A stretch of 63,553 nucleotides of DNA, filler included, from Cercozoa sp. M6MM (GCA_040357565.1; 13 parts of 13 records of this genome joined end to end with filler, not necessarily neighbours in it); one strand, 5' to 3'; shown: positions 23,826 through 37,039, counted from the first letter of the whole stretch. The notes: generated by a model from the sequence alone, not told the origin. A program made the numbers and translations.

Positions 23826-25053
23826 ATGCAAAAATTTTCATCCACGAAGAAACGCCTGTTCACAACGTTCGCACGGAGATTTTTGTCGCCGCAGGTGACG
23901 CCTTTCTTCCATGGTAAGGTGTCTTCAGGCATGTTGCTTGATTTTGAGGTGTCTGTGGTCTGTAGAGTCGACGTTCACGTGTTCCTATGTCGTCGCGTGT
24001 CCGAATACGAGGCAGGCAATCATTGTGGATCCTGCAGCCGACTTTGCCGCCAACAGCGGTCGTTTGTCGTACGGTTTCGCGTCAAAACTGCTGAATTTTG
24101 TGGCAGAGCAAAAGTTGCAAGTCAAGTTGGTCCTTGAGGTACCAGTTGTGTGGAGTCTTGCACGAAACGCTTGTGTCACACTGGTCATGTGTACAGACCC
24201 ACGTCCACGCGGACCACATCTCATCAGCCAAGTGGCTGCAGCAGCACCTCGATCAGCCTGATGTTGCCGTTGGTAGTCCCTGCCACCTCGCTTCGACTTT
24301 TTAAATGTCTCACCTCGCGCCTCTCTTATTGTGGTTAGGCTCGCGTATCACGGAGGTGCAGGAGGTGTTCTCGGAGGTGTTTGAGGACCCGATTCCGTGC
24401 GACGGCTCGCAGTTCGACGTGCTGCTGAAGGACGGTGAGGTGCTTCCACTGGGCGACCTGGACATCAGAGTGATGGCCACGCCGGGTCACACACCTGCCT
24501 GCACGACCTATGTTATCGGCGATGCTGCCTTTACTGGCGATACTCTCTTTATGCCGGACGTTGGCTCTGCCAGGTACCCTTTACCCCTTTTATACGTTCC
24601 TTGTTACCCCTTCCACCTCTCTCCAGATGCGACTTTCCGGGTGGCGATGCCTCGCAGCTCTGGGACAGCATTCAGTCGATCCTGTCGCTGCCGGAGGACA
24701 CGCGACTCTACGTCGGACACGACTAGTGCGTTTCTCCATTTTGTCCCCGTTCCCTTACCCCTTTGTTGGCAGTCCAAAGGAGCGCGAAGTGCGCTTCGAC
24801 GTGACCGTGAAGGAACAGCGCGAGAATAACATTCACTTGGTTTGTTTGTTTCTGTTGCCCTTTACCTTTACTCTCTTTACCCCACCCCCCCCCCCACACC
24901 CCGTAGAAGGGCGTTGATGAGAAGGCGTACATTGAGATGCGTAGAACGCGGTACTGACCAGTTTGCATTGCTTTCTCTGCATTCGTTTTAACACTAAGAT
25001 GGAAACAGTGATGCGCAATTGGACGCGCCGAAGCTCCTGCTGCCATCTCTGCA
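23826..25053 (+). CDS. Persulfide dioxygenase (metallo-beta-lactamase fold, SdoA/PDO2-like) with likely mitochondrial presequence; 3'-truncated
   Basis: LETHVHADH, DGSQFD, TPGHTPAC, FTGDTLFMPDVGSARCDFPGG, LPEDTRLYVGHDY, EQRENNIH, PKLLLPSLQ. Confidence 0.9.
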
Positions 25054-25229
25054 GGTGCTCCACGCCTTCTTGATGTTTTTNNNNNNNNNNNNNNNNNNNN
25101 NNNNNNNNNNNNNNNNNNNNNNNNTTAATTAATTAANNNNNNNNNNNNNNNNNNNNNNNNNNNNNNNNNNNNNNNNNNNNTACCCCCTACCCACTACCCC
25201 TACCATATACCCTCCTACCCACATATCAG

Positions 25230-27094
25230 GGTGCTACCAGAATAAGGGCGCGTTTCAGCATGTCGTGACCGAACACATTGGGCGCCAGCGACTGGCCCAG
25301 GACCGACCTGTCAGAACAAGCGTGTTCGCCGCATGACCACAAACAAGATGTCCGCGCGGAAGCTACATCAGATCACGACGACGCGACAGTGCTCGGAAGG
25401 CACCGATTTCTGACTCAGTCAACTGGTCCGGGGCACTGCGGTTAATGGGGAACGGGGGGTAAAGGGTGAATGGGGGGGTAAAGGGTGAATGGGAGGGGGT
25501 AAAGGGTAAAGGGTGAATGGGANNNNNNNNNNGGGTAAAGGGTGAATGGGAGGGGGTAAAGGGTAAAGGGTGAATGGGAGGGGGTAAAGGGTCAAGGGTG
25601 AATGGGAGGGGGTAAAGGGGTAAAGGGGGTAAAGGGGGTAAAGAAACAACAGAGAGCGCACAGGGAGTCGGAGACAACGGCGGCACCAGCGCCGGCCAGC
25701 GGACGCACCGCGAGACCCAGCAGAACCTGCCGAAACACGCCCGAGACGGCACCCTTGGCGGTGCGGCCTGTCAGTGCCTGCACAATAGGGACGAGGCATA
25801 TGAGGATAGTTAAGGGGTGGGGGGGGGGGGTAAAGTCAAACTACGCGGTAGATGCCCACGATAGCAACGCGATCACCGGCCTTGCAAGTCGACACTGCAT
25901 GTCACCAACAAGAATGTTTGTGGGAGGCAGGCAGACAGGCAGGCAGTTAGGTACTTGTAGTACCCAGATCGTCGTCCAGAATGACTTGCACACTGCGCGG
26001 AATGTCGCCTGCACGCATTCGCTCTGGCAGGTCCTGTACCCAGACGCGCTGCCGGTCCGAGAACTTCGAGAAACCTGAGGAAACAAGGGGGAGGTTCAGG
26101 GTTGTAGGACAATAGGAGAGGGTAAGAGGCGTTAAAGGGGGTGAGAAGGGGTGGGGGCGGGGTTTAAAGGCTACCAAACTCGGTCTCAAGCAGGTTGCCA
26201 TCCTCGTCCTTGGACGGGTACATGGCCGATGTGATCTGTCCCTGCAGCGCCGTGTTGTCACGGAACACGTGTCGGTAGAAACGATCCGTAGCCTCGCAAT
26301 AGTGCACACTCTACAACACAGGGGGGTAAAGGGGGGTAAAGGGGGTAATGGGAGGAGGGGGTAAGAGTCACCTCGAGCACACGCGGCTCGACGACAGAGG
26401 TGCGCGTGACGATGCCCTCGACACACACCAGCTTGGTCAGCAGACCCGCGTGCAGGCCTGCGCACGTCCGCGCGGATGCACTCGTGTAGACCAGTGCAAC
26501 AACAAAACAACAACAAGACGCACCGGAGGGAGGAGAGCGGTGCGCGCGGACGTTGCTGACGCCGATTTTGAGAGCCGGCTGCTCGCCATTGGCTCGGATG
26601 GCATTGAAGGTCTGTAACACAGAACAAGCTTGTTCTTGCCCAGACACTGTGTACCTAGGTACTGGTACTACAGACACACGTACTTTGGTGATTGATGGTT
26701 CTGACAGTTCTTGAGCCGCTTGCAGGCAACTCTTCTCCTGTACGGGGGGTATGGAGAGTAGGGGGGTACGGAGAATAGGGGATATGGAGAATAGGGGGTA
26801 TGGAGAGTAGGGGTATGGAGAATCGGGGGTATGGGAAGAGACAAGGTAAAAGTGATCCAGAGCGCACCCACTGCGGCACAGCCTCGAGCGGCGCCTGCAG
26901 AAGCTGGTCGGCGAGTGCGCCGTCGAAGGAGCGCAACGCATCCAGGTCCAGCTGCACGCGGCCCTCCTGCCAACAAAAAACGCCAGTCCAAAATAGTGCG
27001 CAAACCTACTTCAGGCACAACACAGAAACTATCGTACTGGAACGCCAGCGATGAGCGCTTGCCGCTGCGCCGGCTGTCGCAGGAATTCGTCCAT
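25230..27094 (-). CDS. MCM3: Replicative helicase subunit Mcm3, 3'-truncated
   Basis: LLTKLVCVEGIVTRTSVVEP, YPSKDEDGNLLETEFG, QDLPERMRAGDIPRSVQVILDDDL|VD..RPGDRV, GHDMLKRAL. The start may lie slightly further upstream. Confidence 0.92.
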
Positions 27095-27451
27095 CTGGTC
27101 ACGCCAGTCGTCTACAGTACCAACTGATCTCTCGTCCGCTCAAAAAAGGTACACACGCGTTGGAATCGTGCTTCTGTACCGTAATATACTGCCACTTACT
27201 CACTAGCACCTGCCGACAACCAGTGCTGTGCCGTCAACAAGTTTTGGGACCCACATTAAGACCCAGTTGCACCGGCTCAAAGCACAAGGCTACAGTATGA
27301 TCCCATGCGACGTCGTTGCAAGCCAGAAGCACGCTGCTGATTGAAAATTCTAAGCAGCGGTGTGAGTGTAACCTGCTTTCTTATTGAGAGGTAACTCTTT
27401 GATATTTGAGCTTGCTGGGTCCGAAACGGCGGGAACAACAAGCCTAGCAAA

Positions 27452-28741
27452 ATGGGCAAACGAATGAGCGAAGATGAGAAGCGGCAAAAGCTTCTCAAGT
27501 GGTTTAAGGTAAATTAAATAGTTTCACTATTTTTAATATAAGTTAGTGCAAGGTTTGCAGGACAGCAACGCCGTTCATACGAAGAAGACGCTGCCAGGGG
27601 CAGCTTCCAGAGCGACAGGTACTTGCAAATATGTCGGAATGGCCTGCCGTGTATGTATGTGCGAGTGCAGGTGTCGCACAAGGCACACTACTCGATGTAG
27701 TGGATCGCATGGCCGAGGAAGGTCTGGTGAACAAGGAAAAGGTCGGCGCACAAGTTCTGTACTGGCTGTTTCCGGACCCGTCCGAGGTGCCGGCCGACGT
27801 CACTGTCGAGCAGCGCGACGAGCTTGTACAGCGTGTGGATCTGCTGCGACGACAGGGCGATCAGTTGCACCGACATTGCGAAGAACTCCGAGAGCAGCAT
27901 GGCCATACCGAGGTACTTATTCCTGCACCCTGTCCCCGGTACTACCCCTCCCTGCCTTCGACAGGAAGCTATGAGAATACGTGACGAAATTCATGAGCGC
28001 AAAGAAGACTACCAGCAGAAGCAGGCTCAGGTATCCTTCTTTGTCCTTTTGTGTGTGTGTGCATGTATATGTGTGTGTGTGTGTGTGCCTATGCCACTGC
28101 TTGCTGCAGTTGAACAGGGAGCAGGAAGACGAGCCCGGGTGGTGGGACAAGCTGCACCACGAGACCACTGTTGTGATGCCCGAGCACTGTTCTCGGTGGA
28201 CCGACAACGTCTGGACGCTCGTCGACCTGCTGCGCAAGCGCCGGCCGGGCTGGTCGAAAACCGATGTGCTGAAACAGATGAACTTGCCTGCCTGTACAAC
28301 TTGGTTTGTCCATATCAATCTTTGCCCAGAGTCTTGGTACGCGTAGCCTACGACGACGTTGATATCACCGAGTATAAGCTCGACCCGGCACCACGCGAAG
28401 CACTTTCAGCGACCAGTCTGATCGAAGTCAAAGCAGACGCTATGAAAGACGACGACGAACAGCAGAACCCTTCGCCCGTGCCTCTTGTCGAACCAGGTGA
28501 GGATGAAGAGGCCATGCGCGATGACGATGTCTCGCTCCAGCAGTCACCACAGCAGCAGCAGCAACAGCAGCAGCAGCGGCAGTCGCCGACAGGGCCGCTG
28601 AGTCAAGTCTTTGCTCCAGCGAGTGCTATCAAGGCTGCAGCTCCCAGTGCGTCCCGCATGCGCAAACAATCCGCCGTTCCCTCAGTCACACAGATGTCCA
28701 ACGATAGCATCAAGACACTTGACTTTGGTATCTCGCCTTAG
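27452..28741 (+). CDS. MND1: Meiotic recombination protein Mnd1 with low-complexity C-terminal extension
   Basis: MSEDEKRQKLL, EGLVNKEKVGAQVLYWLFP, coiled coil and SRWTDNVW are Mnd1 hallmarks. Confidence 0.85.
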
Positions 28742-28883
28742 CTATTTTATAGTGAGTTCAGTTAGTTCAGTCTACCCCGACCAGTGCGGTGTGTGACTGA
28801 AAACCACTAATAAGCATGTTTGGCTCGGCTCAAAAATGCTCAGTAAACTTAATTATGAACACTTCGGCATCTTAAGAAACGTC

Positions 28884-29013
28884 AAAAGGGGAGTTGTATG
28901 GTCTTACCCGGAGCGGGCGGTACAGTAGACACGGTCTTGCTCTTGTGACCCACCCCAGACAGGTGCAGGGGAACTACATCGTTGGTCTCTAGAAGACTCA
29001 ACTAATTACGAAC
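28884..29013 (-). repeat. Dispersed intergenic repeat, copy 2 (plus inverted partial copy 29034-29072)
   Basis: Reverse complement reads TTAGTTGAGTCTTCTAGAGACCAACGATGTAGTTCCCCTGCACCTGTCTGGGGTGGGTCACAAGAGC..ACCGCCCGCT..GACCATACAACTCCCCTTTT. Confidence 0.85.
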
Positions 29014-29105
29014 CCTTTGCGTGTACCCACCCCGTTCGTAGTTAGTTGAGTTTGCGTGTACCAGTCCTGGGGAGAATCAGAATTAAGTAACACCTCCGTC
29101 GAAGT

Positions 29106-30471
29106 TTAGTGCTTTGAAGGACGTGGCGAGCGGCTGCTGCGACTAGCACTACGCGACAGCGATCGGCTGCTACGGCTGACTGATCGACTGGCTCCGAGGC
29201 GTCCATCACGGTATGCAATGATCGATAGCTTGTTTACAGAACTTCCTTCTCCAGAGTCAGCGCGTTGTTCCACGCGACGGAGACGTGAAGCCATGCGCGT
29301 TCTCCGAGTCGTCGCTTCCTCTCTCTCTTGTTCGTCCAGTGTGGAAAGATTTATTCTAAATTTTAGGTATCGTTCTCAGCGCGAAAGTGAAAACTGTGAG
29401 CGAGAAAAGTAGCGACGGACTTACCTTTTTTCGATTCGAGTGTGACAAACTGGGCAGCTTGCGACATGAGAGCACCTCTCGCAGGTCCGACTGTGTCGAC
29501 ATGGAAGCAGAAGAACCTTGGAAGTGTTTTCATCCTGGCAGATGAGGCAGAAACCGCGGTTGCGTTGCTCATGCTCAAAGATGTCAATCGCGTTGCGCGC
29601 GCGTTGCATGAGGTCTTTAAGCACCTCTTCGCTGCAGTCGGCCAACTCTGAGCTCGTTCCCTGCCCACTGAGAAGCGCCACCAGCTTTCTCAGATCCGAA
29701 CACTCTTCGCGTGACTGCTCGAGTCGGCGTTGCACGACTTCGAGAGAGTCCGTCGCATCAACGAGTCGTTTCGCACGGTCGAGTGCTTCTGTCTTGGCGC
29801 TTTCAAGCGCTTGCTCTTGCAGCTCGAAGGTTTCGAGTGCAGCTTTCTTTACTTCTCTGAGCTGTTGCGCGCTTCTCTGTTTTGAATTGAAACAAGTTTT
29901 GCTCTCACACTTTTTCTAGCCTGACCCTGCCTGAGTGAAGCAAAATTTTACGGTTTTGTGTCTTGTCAATTCAAGTTCATGCTGGGACCTGGAAAAATAC
30001 ATCGCAAGGGATTTAAGCTAAAACTGACGCTGAAAGGAAACGTACTTCAAAAAGACCTGGTATTCTTTCATTTGCTGCAGTTTTTTCTTTCCCGAAACAC
30101 CTTGCGCCTTTCGGCCCTTGACTGATTTGTGCCGTCCCGGTTTCGGTGATACTCGCTTGGGAGAGGCTTCTGATTCCTTCTTTTGCGATTCTTTCTGCTT
30201 TACGGCAAACGTTGTGCGAGAAGCAACCTGAAAGGCACCTCCGTCCCCGCTGCGTCTCTTCTGCGGTATCTCGGTGGCAACTGCATCGCTCTCTGCCTTT
30301 GCTTCCGATTCGCTCACCAGCTACACAGACAACACGCCTAATGATGTCTTTCGTCACTTTTACGAAAACAAAAACTGAATGAACTGAACAGAATTTGAAT
30401 TTCGGTAAAACCTCGTTAAAGCGTGTGATTGCCTGCCCTCGCGTGCGGCCGTCCTTCTTCACCACCGGCAT
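29106..30471 (-). CDS. Coiled-coil + C3HC4 RING finger protein
   Basis: CLICQDENTSKVLLLPCRHSRTCERCSHVASCPVCHTRI, followed by an S/R-rich tail. Confidence 0.8.
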
Positions 30472-30853
30472 AGCGAGGAGAGACTACGAGATCGAGCATT
30501 CAAACATCATCGAGTTATTTTATTGTAGGGTTTCTCTCGCAGATAAAGCTCGACTCGCGTTTCTTTCATAAACGAAATTCCAGCCACCATCTTCGGATTG
30601 CGATTTTGGGTTTAGAGCTGTCGTGCGCAGTTTTAATCTCAGTGGCTGAGGTGAGCTGTCGTGCAAGATCAACTGTAACGACGGCCCCACCTCGGGGAAA
30701 CGTCCGTCGGACACGTACGAACACTAACTCAAACGACCTTACATTCTTGCTTCTTTAGTCGTTGTCTCCACCGCACGAATATTCGCATTGACATCTCGCA
30801 ACACGACATTGCGCGACGCGACGACACTGTGGGACCGATCAGGTGATTTCACG

Positions 30854-31822
30854 TTACTGTGGCTGTAGACTCGTCCACTGCTGCATTCGCCTGCGAACCG
30901 TGTCGGCAAATTCATCAGGTCGCTCAAAGTGCAACCAATGACCTGCATCAAGCATGTCGAGCGTCGCGTTCGGGAACAGACGCTGCAGTGACGGCAGCAT
31001 CTCCGGGTGTCTGTTGATTTGGGATAAAAGCGCTCTTCGACACAGCGAAAGGAGATAGTACAGGTAATCTGCACGCGATCCGCCGACAAAGCATACGTCG
31101 CCTGCGAGGAAAGACAGTTCATTGATTCAGGCTCTAACCCAATGGCAAGAGAGAAAACAATGTACCATCAAAGGTGCAGTTGGGCCAATCAAAGTTTCCC
31201 AAGGTTGACAGAGACTGACGCAACACGGGCAAATTGCATCGCCAGTGCCAGTTGTCGTCACCACGTGGACTTTGTAGGTTCTACAAAGGATGATACCAAG
31301 AAACAACACCGATACCAAATATGATGGCTTAGGGTTGATTACCTGAAGTACAAACGACCGCGTTGCGTCATCAGGAATACCGTCGCGCAACAATTCGTCT
31401 GCCTGTAGCCGATTTGTCACCTTCGACAAATCCATGGCAGTGGCAGCGTCCAAAACTCGTTGCACAGAAGCCCACGACTCCGCGTTGCCCTTTGCTTATT
31501 TCAACAAGGAAATCCATGCCCAACTTGGTCACAAAAAGCATACCTCCTTCTTCAGCGACTCGAGTGAAACAGGCGCCATGTCAGCGACAATCAAACCGGC
31601 CACACGCTCTGGAAACAGCAGAGAAGTTGCCATTACCGCCTTGCCACCCATTGACTGCACAAAATCAATCGCACTACAATCCCGGCCCAGCACAATACGC
31701 TAAGAACAAGCGACTATAATACGTGGCCGAGGAAGATCGCCTTTTCTATTTCGTGCGTATCCAAGAAATGGTGCAGATCCGAAGCCAATGCAGCGACGGT
31801 CATCTCGTTATCCCAAGGGGCT
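30854..31822 (-). CDS. ABHD11: Alpha/beta hydrolase ABHD11/YbfF-like, 5'-truncated
   Basis: MASDLHHFL...FLGH|SMGGKAVM...LIVADMAP...AGHWLHFERP: nucleophile GHSMG split by an intron, catalytic His present. Confidence 0.85.
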
Positions 31823-31838
31823 GCAACTCAACTCTAAC

Positions 31839-32062
<224 letters not shown>

Positions 32063-32193
32063 CACNNNNNNNNNNNNNNNNNNNNNNNNNNNNNNNNNNN
32101 NNNNNNNNNTTAATTAATTAANNNNNNNNNNNNNNNNNNNNNNNNNNNNNNNNNNNNNNNNNNNNCCGCCCCCCCCCCCCCGCCCCCCGCGCG

Positions 32194-32228
<35 letters not shown>

Positions 32229-32261
32229 CTGGAGGCTTGATTATTGTCGACTGTGACAACA

Positions 32262-33105
32262 GGCTCGTATTTTGCTGCTCGGACTGGACAATGCGGGCAA
32301 GACGACGATATTGTACAAGCTGCACGACCCGGAGAGTGTGGTGAGAATAATGCCGACCGTTGGCTTCAATGTCGAAAGTGTCAAGCACCGCAACGTCGCT
32401 TTCGAGTGCTGGGTAAGTGCTGTCTCGACCGTGTGTGAGTGCCTTTGTGTTGTTTTCATTGACTCTTGGTGTGTCACACAGGACCTGGGCGGCCAGACGC
32501 AGCTGCGCAGCTACTGGCAGTGCTACCTGCCCAACACACGTGCCATAGTCTTCGTCGTTGATGCCGCCGATCGCGAGCGAATCGACATCGCCAGGACAGA
32601 GTTGCACAAGGTAACTTTGCCTGTGTTTCTTTACTTGTACCCATGTGACCCATGTGTTTGTACCCATGTGTTTGTATCTGTGTGTCTGTATCCATGTGTT
32701 TGTATCTGTGTGTCTGTATCCATGTGTTTGTGTTTGTATATATGTATTTGTACCCATGTGTTTGTATCTATGTGTTTGTACCCATGTGTTTGTATCTATC
32801 GATGTGTATCTCTGTGTGGGAGGCAGCTCCTGGCGGAGGACGAGTTAAATGGCGCGCCCGTGCTCGTGTTCGCCAACAAGATGGACCAGCCGCGTGCCAT
32901 GGACGTCGGCGACGTCGCAGAAGCGTTGGAGGTAACCCCTGCCTCCCCTTCCCCTTCCCCACACCAAGGTGTAATCATTCTTGTCTTGCAGCTGACGCAG
33001 CTCAAGGACCGGCCGCACATGATCTGCGCTTGCTGTGCCGTGCGTAACGAGGGATTGACGCAGGGCTTTGACTGGCTTGCCGACGCCGTCTCGGGCAACA
33101 AATGA
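32262..33105 (+). CDS. ARL1: Arf-like GTPase (Arl1-like), 5'-truncated
   Basis: [18 protein letters not shown]|[28 protein letters not shown]. Confidence 0.8.
32636..32800 (+). repeat. Intronic ~28-nt minisatellite (TACCCATGTGTTTGTATCTGTGTGTCTG-like) in ARL1
   Basis: CCATGTGTTTG recurs about six times at near-regular spacing. Confidence 0.8.
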
Positions 33106-33564
33106 CCCTGCCGTGAACTCCGGCTGAACTCTGACTGAACTGAACTGAACTGAATTGGCGTTAGCTCGCTTGCTTTGACGACAGCCATCCAGTGCGGTGC
33201 ATTATTCATTCGGCAATTGAATGCATACCAACACAACGAAGATCACCTCCATTTGATCATTCGATTACCATATGCCGCACATCTTTGAGATCAGCGTAGC
33301 TGCGTTCGCCAGTGCGGTGTTCCATCACATAGACAATATAACAACCACCAAATGGTCACAAGCTTTCAGGCAGTATTATTACGTTACTCCGCTTAGCACT
33401 CAAGACTTGACGCGACGCTATTGTATCGGTGTAAACGCTCGCGGCGTACGGCCGTACGTACGAGACGGAGCAAGCAACCGAACCGTCCGTCAGTCACTTA
33501 TAGTTAACGTATAGCATAAAAAAAGGTCATGCCGGCATGCGTGAAAGACAAATGGTCGATGAGT

Positions 33565-34051
33565 CTACGCCGTTGGTGCGGGTGAAAAGTGAGACGCATG
33601 TGCCGAGAGCAGCTTGCGGCGCTGCTGCACCACACTTGCGTACTCGCCCGTCTGCGTACAAAAAAGGGACAGTAACATACATTCACAACTGATGACAGCA
33701 GACACTGCTGAAGCAAGCGTTCTACCGGTGTTCCAAACTCCAGGCGCATCGACACTCGCACAGGTCCTGCGAGCAAAAGAAAAGATGAACAAAAAACAAA
33801 GACTGATGTAGAGACAAGCAAAGCTGCTGTACCGGCAGAGTAAATGAGTTCCTTGATGCGTCCATCCAATTGAGGTGGCACGTCTTCTTTGGTCTGACGC
33901 ATCGTCACACCCGGCACCTGGCGGACCGTTGTAGGTACACGATTTGTTGTAAACGGGTGCTTCTTACCATGCTGGTGAGTTCGGATGCCGCTTGCTCGCG
34001 CATGCGTTGGTCACGCAGCTGTTGGATCAGCACATCATACACAACATGAAC

Positions 34052-34098
<47 letters not shown>

Positions 34099-35243
34099 TG
34101 TGTGTGTGTGTATGTGGGTGTGCGTATGTGTGCATATTTACACAGAAGGCGACTTGCTTGGCCAGCGGCTTGAGCACAAAATTCAAGAATGCGACGTACC
34201 TGTGACAAAAAAGAAAATAGAGACTGTATACAGTTGGCGGATGAAACACAGTACATGGCATCCTCGGGGCCGCCTTCGAAGGTCACCGGGGCGAAGTTGG
34301 GATCTGTGTGAACAGCAATGTCACAACAGACGAGGCACTAGCACTGCAAGAGAGAGTCAATTTTTACCAGTGGCCCACAGGAACTCTGCAATGGTGGAGT
34401 TCTCCTTGCCACGCAAAGCTTCCAGCGTAAACTGCACCCAAAACTCACTTTATAGAGTACTCCATAGTCGTTCAGAGAAGCCTACGCTGCAGTCGATGGC
34501 AGGAGCACCAGCAGCAAAGAGTTGGCCGGCATCCACGCATGCCGATGCTTCCTACTCGACACACATGTCCACTCTCAAACCGGTTTACGTTTTACGCGAA
34601 CGATAAACTTACCGAACGCGGCACCGAGACCGTGACGTGCGCACGCGGAGTCGTTGTCGAACTCGTCGGTGGTACCTTGGCTGTAGGTAACACACTCATC
34701 ATGCCATGCATGGATAACACACAAGAGACACATGTGTAAAGCGACCCATCTCGGCAGCAACATGTGCCACCACAGCGTTGAGTTTATTGAGGCACGACGT
34801 GCGTGCACGACCCAGCAACTGTGGACGAACGAGAGTACAAGACGCTACCAACATACAGTATTTTCTGAGGTTTCTACCGAGTCAGGGTTGTACACCTTGC
34901 GCACAGTGAAGTGCAGCGCGTACGTTTCGGGTCCTACAAGTGACACTCGCACTACCCACGAGGTGTGTAGACTGTTGTACTTGTGTACCGAGAACCCCGG
35001 AGCCTGTGCTGCGCATCTGGCGACCCGCACCGTTCTGTGTACACTCAACAAGTATTTATATGCGACAGGAGGGACAAATCAGTGCTGGTACCGCAGTGAG
35101 TTGAGACAGCGTGTCGGTCAGTCGCAGCACCTCGTTGGTCAGTTCGTCATTTCGCGTGTGTTTGTCAAAGTCCATGAGCGAGACTCGAATACTGCGCGAT
35201 TTGTTTAGTTCCTAAGTGCATACACAACTTGACTCTACTAAAC

Positions 35244-35291
<48 letters not shown>

Positions 35292-35301
35292 NNNNNNNNN
35301 N

Positions 35302-35351
<50 letters not shown>

Positions 35352-37039
35352 GACACTCAACTAACATAGCAATCGTCGGGCAGTGGAATCACGATGCGCT
35401 GACTCAGGTGCACTCTGCCCTTGCGCTTCCTGCAGATGTGCACTTCGATGTTAATCCTCCTACTGTGGCAACACTTACTTGTGCACAGTCGTCGAGTGTT
35501 CCTACACACAGAACAAGGGAACTCAGTTAGTGCATTAGGCAACAACAACAGCACAAGTACCGTAACAACGGCGGCACGTGCGCGTTGAAGGGTGTCGTGT
35601 GTCGTCAGCATGACCTGGAGGATACACCGTGTGACATTAAAGAAAGGCAAGGAGGCAGTCTCACCGGACGTCGATCGCTGTAATCGATCAGTTGCACACG
35701 CACGAAGGGATCCATCCTAGTGCATTGTCAGTATGTAGATCTACATATCATGAGACAGGGAGGAGGGGCGTGACTCACTTCATGCGCAGGTGAGCGTTGT
35801 GCAAGTCAATCACGAGCAGACTGCCCAGTAAGCACACTCTCATCTCTCTCAGGACGATGTCGATATGCGTACACAGGTGCGGCTGATTTGGTGACGGGAG
35901 CACGTGCGACAACACTCTCATCGAAGCGCAGTTCGATCTCTTCGTGCACGACATTGTCGGGCACAGACAGACTGTCAGACTGAGTGGTGCCTGCCACCTG
36001 CTGTTGTTGCTGCTGCTGCTGTTCAGCCTCGGAGATCTCGAGGGTTTGCGACACTGTCTGTAGCACACGTATGCCCATGCGTATGGACACAAGGAACACA
36101 GTAATACAGCACAGACACACACAGACACACCACAACACCGCGCGGGATTTGCGTCTGCGGCGGCAGAAACAGTGCGTACTCAATCGGCGCCGTCACACTG
36201 TGCACAACAAGATGTGTCCAGTGTCATACCATGCACACATGTGTGTCACGAGTGTTGCTGTCGTACCTCTCGGTAGAAATTGGCACGTCCACAAGACCAA
36301 TCTTTTCGTTCTTGCCGATCGTGTTCTTGTCGTACACTGTACAGCGGCACCACATTCAACAACCACTACTCAAGAGGCGTGCTGCCCATGGTAGATTTAC
36401 CTTGGATGCGCAGACAGTACGACGGACATACTGCATACCCAACACGCACTGAAGTCACTCTCAATATGTATTGCCTCAAAATGTACCAGCTGCGGAACGC
36501 AACGGAATCCTCACAGTGAGATCGCAGTCTACTTCGAGTGTCTTCTTTCTGCCAGTTCATAGACAAGCGTGCGTTCTCATAGCATCAACAGTATGGCTTG
36601 GTATGGCAGACAAGCCTACTTGACAGGCGTGCGCAGCATATCGCTCGCCTCCTGCAGCGAGTGAGTGTTGCACACCGCCAGCGTGACGAACTAAAGTGCA
36701 TACACACGTTGGTCTACCTGCTAGCGCAGACAAAGCATCGACAAGTATCGATAGCCTCAATACCGGGTCAGAGGTTCCACTGCGGTCGCATGCAAACAGG
36801 TTCTTCAAGCCTTCGACTTTGATCGACGCCACGGCTCCTGACACACAGAGTGGCGATCACAGGCGAGGTACAATCGGCACCATGGTGTCATACCTGGGGT
36901 GCCAGAACCCGAATAGTCACCACGCAATGTTGCGGTCTGTACGGTGACACAGATATATAGTTCATCACTGCACCAGAAACAGGCAAAGAAGGCATACATC
37001 GAAAAACCCAATGCTGTGCGTTCGCGCAGTCCGAGACAT
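33565..37039 (-). CDS. Multi-exon C2-domain protein, function unknown
   Basis: IKVEGLKNLFACDRSGTSDP|YVC is a C2 strand/loop motif; a second DP(FV) C2-like segment lies near 35710. Downstream exon structure is only partly resolved. Confidence 0.55.

Noticed and set aside
8108-25053. FNT, glutaredoxin and persulfide dioxygenase as a sulfur-metabolism cluster
   Set aside because: They are on different contigs separated by artificial spacers, so proximity is not evidence.
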